A stretch of DNA of 32,000 bases from assembly GCF_002024165.1 (NCBI RefSeq), contig NZ_MWQN01000001.1, forward strand, positions 2,737,365 to 2,769,364. The letters are read 5' to 3'. The notes beneath the pieces are model-generated. The model made no database searches. It saw nothing but the letters and a program-made list of their open reading frames with translations, and was not told the origin of the DNA. This stretch comes from Embleya scabrispora. GTDB lineage: Bacteria > Actinomycetota > Actinomycetes > Streptomycetales > Streptomycetaceae. The position numbers and the translations under genes are program-made. Of the stretch, positions 17,500 to 25,569 are shown in pieces; the first letter of the stretch is position 1; each line of letters begins with the position of its first letter.

Positions 17500-17706
17500 C
17501 CGGCCCACTCGGGAAGGCTCTCCGGCGGGCCCGACCGCACCGCCCTCCCTGCCCGCCGCTGCCGGCCGGTTTTCGCCGGGCAAGACGCCCGTCTCGTCGG
17601 GAGTTTGGAGTCTTGGAGCCCCGAACGCCGGCGGCGGCCCATCACCGACTCGGATCAGCCTCGCACCGGCCACCCGCAACCCAAGACGCTGCGCCCGCCG
17701 GAAAAG
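17500..17706 (-). repeat. Inverted copy (C) of the same ~210-bp repeat
   Basis: The reverse complement of 17500-17706 reads CTTTTCCGGCGGG...GGGTTGCGGGTGGCCGGTGCGAGGCTGATCCGAGTCGGTGATGGGCCGCCGCCGGCGTTCGGGGCTCCAAGACTCC...GTCTTGCCCGGCGAAAACCGGCCGGCAGCGG...CCTTCCCGAGTGGGCCGG. This is colinear with copies A and B. Confidence 0.85.
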
Positions 17707-17846
17707 CGGTCGAGGTGCCCGGGTGGGGACTTCGGGGGGACGTGGTGGGGACGGGGAGGGGCGGATTGGGGTTTTGGCGTGATCGTGGGCATATCGGCGG
17801 TAGCGTGGCCGGTATTGGTCCATGCAGCCCTCGGGGGTGGCACGTC

Positions 17847-18914
17847 ATGACGGCGAAACCCGGCAATCCGGCGCTTGTTCGCGCCCGATACGCGCATGGG
17901 TGGATTGCGCAGCGGCATCTCTCGGCCGCCTTTCGGGAGTGTGCGGCGGGGTTGGGGCTGCGGTTGGACGTGAGTGCGCGGCAGGTTCGACGCTGGGAGT
18001 CGGCGAATCCGCCTTGGCCGACGCCCGATTACGTACGGGTGCTGGAGAGTATGTTCGGCGTGCCGCTGGATCGGCTGGGGTTCGTCCGCCCGGCGCACCT
18101 GGTCGATGTGGATCCGGACGGCTACGACGAAGGTCGGGCCTTTCATGAACTCCGAGGTGGCGAACAACCTGGCTGGTGGCGCTCCGAGTCCGACGAGATC
18201 GCGGCGAACGCCCACTATGCGCGACTGGTGGAGGCAGAGCAGTCCGCGGTGGCAGTGCGGTCGTATCTACCCACCCTGCTGCCTGGGCTGTTGCAAACCT
18301 TCGAATACGCCTTCGCCGTGATCAGGGCCAGTTCGCCGACCCTGACACAGGACGACGTGTTGCGCCGTACGAAGCGCCGCGTGGAACGACTCGGGTACGT
18401 CGGCAAGTGCTCGCCTGTGGGACGCTCCTTGTGGTTCATCGTCCACGATTCGGCGCTGCGCAATCCGGTCGGTGGATGGCATGCGCTCGCCGATCAACTC
18501 GGCCACATACTGGTCGTCCTTTCGCAGCGACCCGATGTAAGTCTCCAGGTGCTTCCCGATGATGTGGGCGCACATCCGGGGCTCAACTCCGGGCCATTCA
18601 CCTGGTATGACTTCGGGCGCGAACGTGTCGTCTATTTGGAAGATCTCACCGGCCGCTCTTGGACGTCACGTCCAACCTGTCTAGCGACCTACTCCCTGGC
18701 CTACGATCACCTGCAAGCGGCTGCCCTGACGGTGGACGAGTCCATCGAACTCATCGCGAAGAGGGCCCGGGAAGCGGAGATGAAGGCGTGGACCACAGGG
18801 ACAGGCCGGCTCGGTGGAGGGTCAGCAGCCACAGCGGACACGAAGACTGCGTCGCCGTCGCCCACTTCGGACACATCGGAGTCCGAGATTCCAAGGTCGC
18901 CGACGGACCGATAG
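17847..18914 (+). CDS. Helix-turn-helix (XRE-type) regulator with a DUF5753-like C-terminal domain (WhiJ/Scr1-type paralogue family)
   Basis: The ATG at 17847 is followed by an N-terminal HTH-like segment (LDVSARQVRRWESANPPWPTPDYVRVLESMFGVPLDRLGF). The central and C-terminal region (YARLVEAEQSAVAVRSYLPTLLPGLLQTFEYA...SLWFIVHDSALRNPVGG...LQVLP...GPFTWYDF) is typical of DUF5753 partners of DUF397 genes. The first 243 codons of the track ORF cover repeats and are rejected. Confidence 0.8.
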   Translation: MTAKPGNPALVRARYAHGWIAQRHLSAAFRECAAGLGLRLDVSARQVRRWESANPPWPTPDYVRVLESMFGVPLDRLGFVRPAHLVDVDPDGYDEGRAFHELRGGEQPGWWRSESDEIAANAHYARLVEAEQSAVAVRSYLPTLLPGLLQTFEYAFAVIRASSPTLTQDDVLRRTKRRVERLGYVGKCSPVGRSLWFIVHDSALRNPVGGWHALADQLGHILVVLSQRPDVSLQVLPDDVGAHPGLNSGPFTWYDFGRERVVYLEDLTGRSWTSRPTCLATYSLAYDHLQAAALTVDESIELIAKRAREAEMKAWTTGTGRLGGGSAATADTKTASPSPTSDTSESEIPRSPTDR

Positions 18915-18970
18915 TCACCCTGTCCCCGGCCGCGTGGCGTGCGCTCCTCTACGGAGTCCGTCCGCGCTGA
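18788..18970 (+). CDS. DUF397 domain-containing protein
   Basis: ARWRVSSHSGHEDCVAVAHFGHIGVRDSKVADGPIVTLSPAAWRALLYGV matches the DUF397 hallmark W-R-K-S-S-x-S...C-V-E-V-A...V-R-D-S-K...F/L...W..F. The GTG at 18788 has GGAG upstream. The gene overlaps the XRE gene tail out of frame. Confidence 0.8.
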   Translation: MDHRDRPARWRVSSHSGHEDCVAVAHFGHIGVRDSKVADGPIVTLSPAAWRALLYGVRPR

Positions 18971-19377
18971 TTGGGGACCTCTCGCCGCGAGCCGCGTATC
19001 CGCCGGAAGCAACTCGGCCCATGGCCGACTGAGTTAGCCATGCGCAACCGCCAAACCCCCGCATCCACACGGTTACACGGGCGGACCCGAACTCGCCCGG
19101 TATCCCGCGGGACCGTAGGGCCTGTGTAACACCCGCCATCGAGGTCCGCCGTGACGGCCCCCACCAGGGCAAACGTGGTGTTGGAGCGGCGCCGAACAGG
19201 GTGTGTCGGCTCTTTATGGTTCTCCTACGTGACCATGTCACCGGTCTGTGACAGCGCCGTCGTGGGTCGACGACTCCCGTATCGCCCCGGTGTTCGAGCT
19301 CGCCATAGTGATCGAGCAAGCACCGCGGGGCCTCGCCGGCTCCGGGCTTCGATCAACGGACACCAAGGGGACGTTCA

Positions 19378-20091
19378 ATGTTCGGGAACCGCAGCAGGGC
19401 CCTCCTCCTCTCCGCCGCCGTCGTCGGCGGCGCGATGACGATGACGGCATGCCAGGGCACCGACTCGGGCAACGCCGCGCAGGGCAACCCGCCCGCCGCC
19501 GCACCGGCCGGCCAGACCGTCACCCAACCGCCCGCACCCGGCGCATCGAACACCGGCGGCAACACCTCCACCGGCTCCGGCTCCACCGTCAAGGACTCCG
19601 CCTCGGGGAAGACCGTCACCCCGAACAAGGCCACCGGCACCACCTCCGGCGGCGCCGGCAACTCCGGCAGCGGCCCCGCCAAGTGCCGCACCGACGACCT
19701 CAGTTTCCTCGCCGACGACGCCACCATCGACGGCGACGACGACCGCACCGTCGCCGTCACCCTCAACAACCTCGCCGGCGACTGCACCATGACCGGCTTC
19801 GCCGGCGTCGACCTCAAGACCACCGCCGGAACCATCTCCGCCGAACGCACCGACGAACCCGTCGTCCCCATCATCCTCAAGCGCGACACGTCCATCTCCT
19901 TCGGCATCCACTACCCGGCCAACGACTCCGGCGGCTCCGGCATCCGCATCACCGGCCTGCTCGTCACCCCGCCCGGAGAGACCAAGTCCGCCGACATCCC
20001 CTGGCCCGGCGCCACCACCCTCCCCGTCACCGACGGCACCGGCACCCCCGTCACCGTCGGCCCCATGGGCAGCGCCGGCCAAGGCGGCTGA
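19378..20091 (+). CDS. DUF4232 domain-containing lipoprotein with a Gly/Ser/Thr-rich linker
   Basis: A signal peptide and lipobox (LLLSAAVVGGAMTMTAC) are followed by a low-complexity linker. After that comes CRTDDLSF...TVAVTLNNLAGDCTMTGFAGVDLKT...ISFGIHY...LLVTPPGETKS, typical of DUF4232. AAGGGG lies upstream of the ATG. Confidence 0.75.
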   Translation: MFGNRSRALLLSAAVVGGAMTMTACQGTDSGNAAQGNPPAAAPAGQTVTQPPAPGASNTGGNTSTGSGSTVKDSASGKTVTPNKATGTTSGGAGNSGSGPAKCRTDDLSFLADDATIDGDDDRTVAVTLNNLAGDCTMTGFAGVDLKTTAGTISAERTDEPVVPIILKRDTSISFGIHYPANDSGGSGIRITGLLVTPPGETKSADIPWPGATTLPVTDGTGTPVTVGPMGSAGQGG

Positions 20092-20109
20092 CACCCACCC
20101 GGCCCACCG

Positions 20110-21441
20110 TCACAGGTAGACCGGATGCAGCCGGCCCGAGCGCGCCACGTTGAGGCGTGCGTCGTGGCCGGTGCGGGCGAAGGCGGAGACCAGGCGGCCT
20201 TCGACGGCGCCGAGGGCGAGATCGTGACGTCGGCCCGACCCGTTCGGGGTGGCGGGTGCGCGCGGGGCGGGCACGTACTCCTGGACCAGCCAGCCGGATT
20301 CGAAGGCGTGCTCCACGGCGCGGGCCCAGGCGGCGTCCGGGGATTCCCGGCCGATGACGACCCCGCGGCCTCGCGTGTCGAGCGGGTGCTTGAGGACGTA
20401 GCGTTCCCGGTCGCGGGCCACGGCGCGCAGGACGGCGCCGTCGCACAGCGCGAGATTGCGCGACCAGGGGATGGCCGGCCGGACGCGGCGGTGATCGGCC
20501 GCGTCGAACAGGCCGGCGAACCGCGGGTCCGACAACACGGCCAGGCAGAGCTTGTTGTCCCCGAGGAATCGGCCGCGCAGGCCGTTCTGTACGAAGAGAC
20601 TCCCCTTCCGCACCGCCCGCAGGTACGGCAGCGCGTCGGCGCCCATCCGCAGCAGGTCCCGGGTCGAGATCTTGGCGTAGGCGTGCGCGATCGGCTCGCC
20701 GTCGACGACGGCGGCGCCGCCGGGGTCGATACGCAGATCGCGCGGATCGGCGTGCACCACCCGGATCCCGATCGCGGTCAGACCGGCCTCGTAGTCGTTG
20801 ATCTCGTTGCGATTGGCCCCACGCGGACACAGCAGGGCGACCGAGCGTGGTCGGACCCCGGTGTGCCGCAGCGCCAGATCGGCCGGCCAACTGCCGGTCC
20901 AGGTGGGCACGTCGGCGGGCAACGGCGGGGGCAGCGCGAGCCCGTGTCGGGTCAGCAACACCCGCCACGCGGCCCGGCCCCGGCCCGCCGCGGTGAGCCC
21001 GGCGGGACAGTTCGCGTTGGTCTCCAGTACCCGCAGCCCTCCGTCGGGGTGGGGCAGCAGGTCCAGCCGCATCAGATGTACGCGGTGATCGCGCGCCGCG
21101 TCGACCTCCTCGCGCAGCGGTTCCGGCACGGTGAGCACACGGCGCAGTCGCGGATCGTGGTCGTACGCGCGCAGGATCGTCTCGATCAGCCGGTGGTACG
21201 CGGCGAGGAAGGCGTCCAGTTCCGGGCGCAGTCCCGGCCGCAGGCACAGCGGCGGTCCCAAAGGGTGCGGCCGTTGGGCAACCCCGTCCCGCAGGACCAG
21301 GGAACGGGTCAGTTCCCGGCCCTGCGGCGTATGTGCCAGCCGAGCCGCGTATCGTGCGAACGATTCGTCGAGACCCGGCCAGACATGGGATCCGGGCCCC
21401 GCCGGCGAACGGCGCAGGGAATGACGCGTTGTCGCGGGCAC
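20110..21441 (-). CDS. ATP-grasp-type ligase, glutathionylspermidine-synthase-like (GSP_synth / circularly permuted ATP-grasp-like) family
   Basis: HLMRLDLLPHPDGGLRVLETNANCPAGL, LFVQNGLRGRFLGDNKLCLAVLSDPRF, YVLKHPLDTRGRGVVIG and GWLVQEYV follow the order of motifs I associate with GspS-like amide ligases. The GTG at 21441 has AGGAGG 9 nt upstream. Confidence 0.55.
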   Translation of the reverse strand: MPATTRHSLRRSPAGPGSHVWPGLDESFARYAARLAHTPQGRELTRSLVLRDGVAQRPHPLGPPLCLRPGLRPELDAFLAAYHRLIETILRAYDHDPRLRRVLTVPEPLREEVDAARDHRVHLMRLDLLPHPDGGLRVLETNANCPAGLTAAGRGRAAWRVLLTRHGLALPPPLPADVPTWTGSWPADLALRHTGVRPRSVALLCPRGANRNEINDYEAGLTAIGIRVVHADPRDLRIDPGGAAVVDGEPIAHAYAKISTRDLLRMGADALPYLRAVRKGSLFVQNGLRGRFLGDNKLCLAVLSDPRFAGLFDAADHRRVRPAIPWSRNLALCDGAVLRAVARDRERYVLKHPLDTRGRGVVIGRESPDAAWARAVEHAFESGWLVQEYVPAPRAPATPNGSGRRHDLALGAVEGRLVSAFARTGHDARLNVARSGRLHPVYL

Positions 21442-21505
21442 GATGCCGGTCCTCCTGACCTTCGTGGCCGACCGGCCCGGACCGGCGGCCGGCCCACGCC
21501 GCCGA

Positions 21506-22486
21506 TCACGTGCACAGCAGACCGCACAACAGATCCGCGTAGGCGTGCGTGATCCCGCGCGGCGAGCGGTCGTGCTCGGTTCCTTCGAGCGATCGCCATC
21601 GCGAGATGCTGGGATTCACCTCGATGATCACGGGACCGTCGGGGCCTTCCAGCAGATCCACCGACGCGATGTCGAGCCCGAGCGTCGCGGTCGCGCGCAG
21701 CACGAGTTTCTCGACCCGGGGCGGGAGTTCGGCCGCGGCCCAGCCGTGCGGGTAGAGCGGGTGATGGGTGTTGCCGTCGGGCGCGGTGTTCACGTGGAAG
21801 TAGCACGCCGCGACCCGCGACCCGATGACCACCACCCGTAGATCGCGCCCGGGGTTGGGAACGAAGCGCTGCACGCACAGCGCCCGGTGGCGTTCCAACA
21901 GGTGCCACACCAGGATCCCCGGGCGGGTACCGAGTCCCCCGGCGTGCGGACTGTCGGACCCCGCGGCCCGCAGGCGCAGGACGTCGACCGACGCGTGCCC
22001 GTACGGCGGCTTGACCACGACATCCCGCCATGCGCCGAGACAGGCGTCCACGTCCTGGGGGGTACGCGCCACCCGCGTGGCCGGTACCGGCAGTCCCGCC
22101 GAGGCCAGGGCCGCGATCTGGCGCACCTTGTTGTCGTAGGCGCCGAGGCTGCCCACGGGGTTGACCAGGCGCGTGCCGGCATCGGCCAGGAGCCCGAGCC
22201 AGGCGAGTTCGTCGGCCAGATGCCCCAAAGGGTGGCGGGTGAGCACCCGTGAGCACACCACCGCGAGCCGGGGCACCTGCAAGCGCCCGTCCTCGCGCAG
22301 TACGCCCGCCGGGACACAACTCGGGGTCAGGCCGGCCCAGTCGACCGCCTCGACCCGCAGCCCCCGTTCCGTCAGTTCGGCGCTCAGCGCCGCCGTCTCC
22401 CAGGGCGTATCGGTGCGGTCGGTCCCGTCGGGCCGATCGAGGATCCACACATCCGCCGCCACCGCGTCGGTACCGTCTGTCACCAC
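21506..22486 (-). CDS. RimK-family ATP-grasp domain protein
   Basis: LVNPVGSLGAYDNKVRQIAALASAGLPVPATRVARTPQDVDACLGAWRDVVVKPPYGHASVDVLRL...ALCVQRFVPNPGRDLRVVVIGSRVAACY...ASVDLLEGPDGPVIIEVNPS is a classic RimK/ATP-grasp layout. The GTG-GTG start at 22486/22483 follows GGGAGG. Confidence 0.8.
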   Translation of the reverse strand: MVTDGTDAVAADVWILDRPDGTDRTDTPWETAALSAELTERGLRVEAVDWAGLTPSCVPAGVLREDGRLQVPRLAVVCSRVLTRHPLGHLADELAWLGLLADAGTRLVNPVGSLGAYDNKVRQIAALASAGLPVPATRVARTPQDVDACLGAWRDVVVKPPYGHASVDVLRLRAAGSDSPHAGGLGTRPGILVWHLLERHRALCVQRFVPNPGRDLRVVVIGSRVAACYFHVNTAPDGNTHHPLYPHGWAAAELPPRVEKLVLRATATLGLDIASVDLLEGPDGPVIIEVNPSISRWRSLEGTEHDRSPRGITHAYADLLCGLLCT

Positions 22487-22790
22487 GGGCCTCCCGGTTC
22501 GACTGTATCCACTCACCGAACCCGGCAAACCGGACAACAACGAACCGCGCCGCCGCACCCCGGCCGCACCGCGCCGACCCGCAGGCCACGTGGGGCCCGC
22601 GCAGGGCGCCGCACAGCACTCGCGCAGCACTCACACACTGCGCGCACAGGGCCCACACGAGGACCGCTCAGCGCATCCGCCCGCCGACCCGCAGGGCCTC
22701 TCCCGCCGTAACAGGCGGCGGTTTCCGGCCACTTCTGGTTTGCTGGGATCAAACGTTTTCAGTCACAAGCCGGAAAGGGCTTGGTTCTGC

Positions 22791-23126
22791 GTGGAGTTGT
22801 TCGCGATTGTCTTCGTCTCCGTGGCCGGTGGGGGCGTTCTCGTCCGCGCGCGCACGGTCGTCCGGATGTACGAACTCGCCGCATGGCGACGCTGGTTGCC
22901 GCTGAGCCTCGCGCTGCTCGGAATCGCCGTGAGCCTGCTGCGGGCCGAGGACGTGGTGCCGGTCGCCGCGTTGATCGCCCTGCCGTGCTACGTGGCCTCG
23001 GTGTTGTTCACCCAGGCGGGGATCCAACACGCCGTGGACGAGGAGGCGGCCCGACACCGTCGCCACGACGTCGTCATGATCCCGGCCCCGGACCCAGACC
23101 GAACACCCGCCAGCGCTTGGGGGTGA
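22791..23126 (+). CDS. Small putative membrane protein (111 aa, 3 predicted TM segments)
   Basis: The GTG at 22791 opens a frame with high third-position G+C. Hydrophobic stretches are LFAIVFVSVAGGGVLV, WLPLSLALLGIAVSLL and VVPVAALIALPCYVASVLF. The 3' end overlaps the convergent PPOX gene by 53 nt. Confidence 0.5.
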   Translation: MELFAIVFVSVAGGGVLVRARTVVRMYELAAWRRWLPLSLALLGIAVSLLRAEDVVPVAALIALPCYVASVLFTQAGIQHAVDEEAARHRRHDVVMIPAPDPDRTPASAWG

Positions 23127-23502
23127 CCACGCCCAGGCTGGTGCCCTCGCGGGACAGCGGGCGCTGCTGTTGCGCCAGTCCCGCCTCGCCCAGGATGTGA
23201 CGCATCGCGAATTCCCAGCGCTCCTGCGCCCATTCGTCCTCGCGCATGGCGACCTCGCCCCACACGATGACGTGCGCGATGTCGCCATCGCGCGCCATCG
23301 ACAGACACACCCGCGGATCGTGTTCCAGGTTCGCCTTCTTGGTGCGACCGGTGAGGCTGAGGTAGAGGTACTCGTCGTCGTACGCCAGCATCACCGGGGT
23401 CACGTGCGGCTCCCCCGTCGGGGTCACCGTGCCCACGTGCACCCAGTGCTCCGGGTCGCCGAGCATCGCGTCCAGAGCGGTCTTCAGTTCGGGGTCGATC
23501 AC
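23074..23502 (-). CDS. Pyridoxamine 5'-phosphate oxidase family protein (PPOX-class, possibly F420/FMN-binding)
   Basis: HWVHVGTVTPTGEPHVTPVMLAYDDEYLYLSLTGRTKKANLEHDPRVCLSM...VIVWGEVAM follows the split-barrel PNPOx-like pattern. The start is a GTG. Confidence 0.7.
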   Translation of the reverse strand: MIDPELKTALDAMLGDPEHWVHVGTVTPTGEPHVTPVMLAYDDEYLYLSLTGRTKKANLEHDPRVCLSMARDGDIAHVIVWGEVAMREDEWAQERWEFAMRHILGEAGLAQQQRPLSREGTSLGVVTPKRWRVFGLGPGPGS

Positions 23503-23604
23503 GGAGGATCCGCCTTTCGCAGCACAGGGGCCTCACCGCCACCGTACTGCGCCTCCCACCCCACCGGTCACGGGATCACCGTCCCCACGGTGTTCGGAAT
23601 CCGT

Positions 23605-25107
23605 CTAGAAGTCGTCGGGATATGGCGCGGACACCACCTCGACCGCGCTCGGCGCCGGTGTCGTGTACCCGGGCAGCAGTTCGGACAGCAGCGCCCGCAC
23701 CGCCTTCGTGTCGTTGACCGCCGCCGCCTCGTACAACTCCGGCAGCCGGACCACCGCGTCCAGGGCCTGGCCCGGCGGCACGGTCGCCTGGATCCGCCGG
23801 TGCTCGGTCGGCAGTCGTTCCTCGCCGGCGGCGAACAGCGCCTCGTTGAGCTTCTCGCCGGGCCGCAGGCCGGTGAACCGGATCGGCACGTCGGGCAGGT
23901 TCACCTGTTCGGCGAACTTGTGCACCAGGTCCACGATCCGTACCGGCTCGCCCATGTCGAGGACGAAGATCTCTCCGCCCTGGGCCATCCGACCCGCCTC
24001 CAGGACCAGCCCGACCGCCTCCTCGATGGTCATGAAGAACCGGGTGACGTCGGGGTGCGTGACGGTGACCGGACCGCCGGCGCGCAACTGCTCGGCCAGT
24101 ACGGACAGCAGCGAGCCGCGGCTGCCCAGCACATTGCCGAACCGCACGCCCGCGAACACCCCGGGCGCCTGCGTATTCGCCTGCACGATCAGTTCGGCCA
24201 GCCGCTTGGTGGCGCCGAGCACCGAGACCGGATCCGCCGCCTTGTCGGTGGAGATCAGCACGAAGCGCTCGACCCCGATGTCCAGCGCCGCCCGGACCAG
24301 GTTCTCCGTACCCAGCACATTGGACTTCACCGCCTCGCACGGATGCCGTTCGAGCAGCGGCAGGTGCTTGTGCGCGGCGGCGTGGAAGACCACCTCCGGC
24401 TTGAGCTCGTGGAACAGCTGCTCGATGCGCGGCCGATCCCGGATGTCGGCGATCACCAACGACTCGTCGTCGAGCAACGCCTCGCCCCACACGTCGAGTT
24501 GCAGCCGGTGAAGGTTGGACTCGTCGTGGTCGAGCATGTACATCCGGCTCGGTCCGAAGCCGTACACCTGCCGGCACAGCTCGCTGCCGATCGAGCCGCC
24601 GGCACCGGTGATCAGCACCCGGCGCCCCGCGATCACCTCGCGCACCGACGCCGAGACCACGTGCAGTTCCTGCCGACCGATCAGCCGGTTCACGTCGAGC
24701 ATGCGCATGTCGCTGCCGACCACGTCGCGCCGCAACGCGACCAGGAAGGACGGCAGATACCGCACGGCGGCGCCGAGTGCCGCCGCGCCGGCGGCGATTT
24801 TGCGGAACTCCTCGTGCGGAAGGCCCGGGATGGCCAGGACGACCACCTCGATGCCGTGCTCCAATGCCACGTCGGTCAGGGCGTCGAGACCGCCCAGGAC
24901 CGGAAGCAGATGTTGTGGATTGTCCGCGTCGGCGACCCGGACCCCGTCCTTGTCGGGATCGTCGTCGAGAAATCCGATCGGACGCAACCCGAAATCGGGT
25001 GTCCGCAACAGATCCCTCGCCAACGCGCTGCCCGCCGACCCGGCCCCCACGACCAGGGTTCGCAGACCCGCTCCAGATACGTCCGTCGCTGCCGAACTCC
25101 GACCCAT
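23605..25107 (-). CDS. Polysaccharide biosynthesis protein, CapD/WbpM/PglF-like NDP-sugar 4,6-dehydratase/epimerase (soluble form, no N-terminal TM region seen)
   Basis: RTLVVGAGSAGSAL...GFLDDDP (N-terminal Rossmann-like domain), then RVLITGAGGSIGSELCRQV, VFHAAAHKHLPLLE, STDKAADPVSVLGATKR and VRFGNVLGSRGS. The ATG at 25107 is preceded by GAGGGGGG. Confidence 0.85.
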   Translation of the reverse strand: MGRSSAATDVSGAGLRTLVVGAGSAGSALARDLLRTPDFGLRPIGFLDDDPDKDGVRVADADNPQHLLPVLGGLDALTDVALEHGIEVVVLAIPGLPHEEFRKIAAGAAALGAAVRYLPSFLVALRRDVVGSDMRMLDVNRLIGRQELHVVSASVREVIAGRRVLITGAGGSIGSELCRQVYGFGPSRMYMLDHDESNLHRLQLDVWGEALLDDESLVIADIRDRPRIEQLFHELKPEVVFHAAAHKHLPLLERHPCEAVKSNVLGTENLVRAALDIGVERFVLISTDKAADPVSVLGATKRLAELIVQANTQAPGVFAGVRFGNVLGSRGSLLSVLAEQLRAGGPVTVTHPDVTRFFMTIEEAVGLVLEAGRMAQGGEIFVLDMGEPVRIVDLVHKFAEQVNLPDVPIRFTGLRPGEKLNEALFAAGEERLPTEHRRIQATVPPGQALDAVVRLPELYEAAAVNDTKAVRALLSELLPGYTTPAPSAVEVVSAPYPDDF

Positions 25108-25461
25108 CAAGCCCCCCTCGGTCAGGGGCAGCGTGATCGGCCTCGGATCGTGCACCGACCACACGCGGCACCGACACGCCGGTGCAGCCAGGCGTCCCGC
25201 CTCGTCGCACCACGCCCACCCCGGCGGTCGTACGCAACTGCCCCTATTGCCCCCACAACCCCGACGGCCCCACCGATCACGGCGTCACTTGCGGCCCAGG
25301 CGCATCGGGTGGACCAACAGCCGCGCAGGCAACCACCGGCACTCGGGATTCAGCGTAAGGCCCGCCTCGGGCCGCCGTCGCGGTTTTGCCCAAACGCCCG
25401 AGAGTTTGGTGTTTGCCGTTTGCGCGAGGGAACTCCACCCGCCTCCGCCACGTCCCCATCT

Positions 25462-25569
25462 GTTCCCCGAGCACGAGGGCCGAGCCCCACCCGCTCCGTT
25501 CCCCGAGCGCGAAGACCGAGCCCCACCCGCCCCGTTCGCCGAGCACGAAAATCGGCCCCGCCCGCGTCA
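25462..25569. repeat. Three tandem 36-bp units
   Basis: The units are GTTCCCCGAGCACGAGGGCCGAGCCCCACCCGCTCC, GTTCCCCGAGCGCGAAGACCGAGCCCCACCCGCCCC and GTTCGCCGAGCACGAAAATCGGCCCCGCCCGCGTCA. There are no unique spacers between them. The last unit merges into the terminator hairpin. Confidence 0.8.

Noticed and set aside
16749-17706. Possible CRISPR array, because of repeated units
   Set aside because: The units are ~210 bp (or 36 bp at 25462-25569), directly abutting or inverted, with no short unique spacers. No cas genes are present.
15994-17846. Long ORFs across the repeat region: 447 aa and 262 aa on the minus strand, and the first 243 codons of the 598-aa plus-strand ORF
   Set aside because: Their reading frames simply track the ~210-bp repeats, so the same peptide strings recur, such as PVFAEQ...SPERRRRP. 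The translations are Arg/Pro-rich and lack RBS-supported starts. Only the part from the ATG at 17847 onward looks like a real protein (HTH/DUF5753).
19071-19136. Paired segments GTTACAC-GGGCGG and GTGTAAC-A-CCCGCC, plus a GTGACcatGTCAC palindrome at about 19228-19240 in the gap before the DUF4232 gene, considered as a riboswitch or sRNA
   Set aside because: The complementary blocks are in non-nested order, so they do not make a simple hairpin. They are short (6-7 bp), and I recognise no known RNA family. The evidence is insufficient without covariation or an Rfam scan.
22513-22752. A Cys-rich 79-aa minus-strand ORF (..VCECCASAV..GCGGAVRCCPVCRVR) just upstream of the RimK-like ligase, considered as a RiPP precursor
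   Set aside because: Third-codon positions carry many T and A, unlike real genes here. No RBS precedes its ATG, and the sequence is otherwise Arg/Gly/Pro-rich. It is more likely the divergent promoter region. It would be worth revisiting only if the ORF is conserved in orthologous loci.
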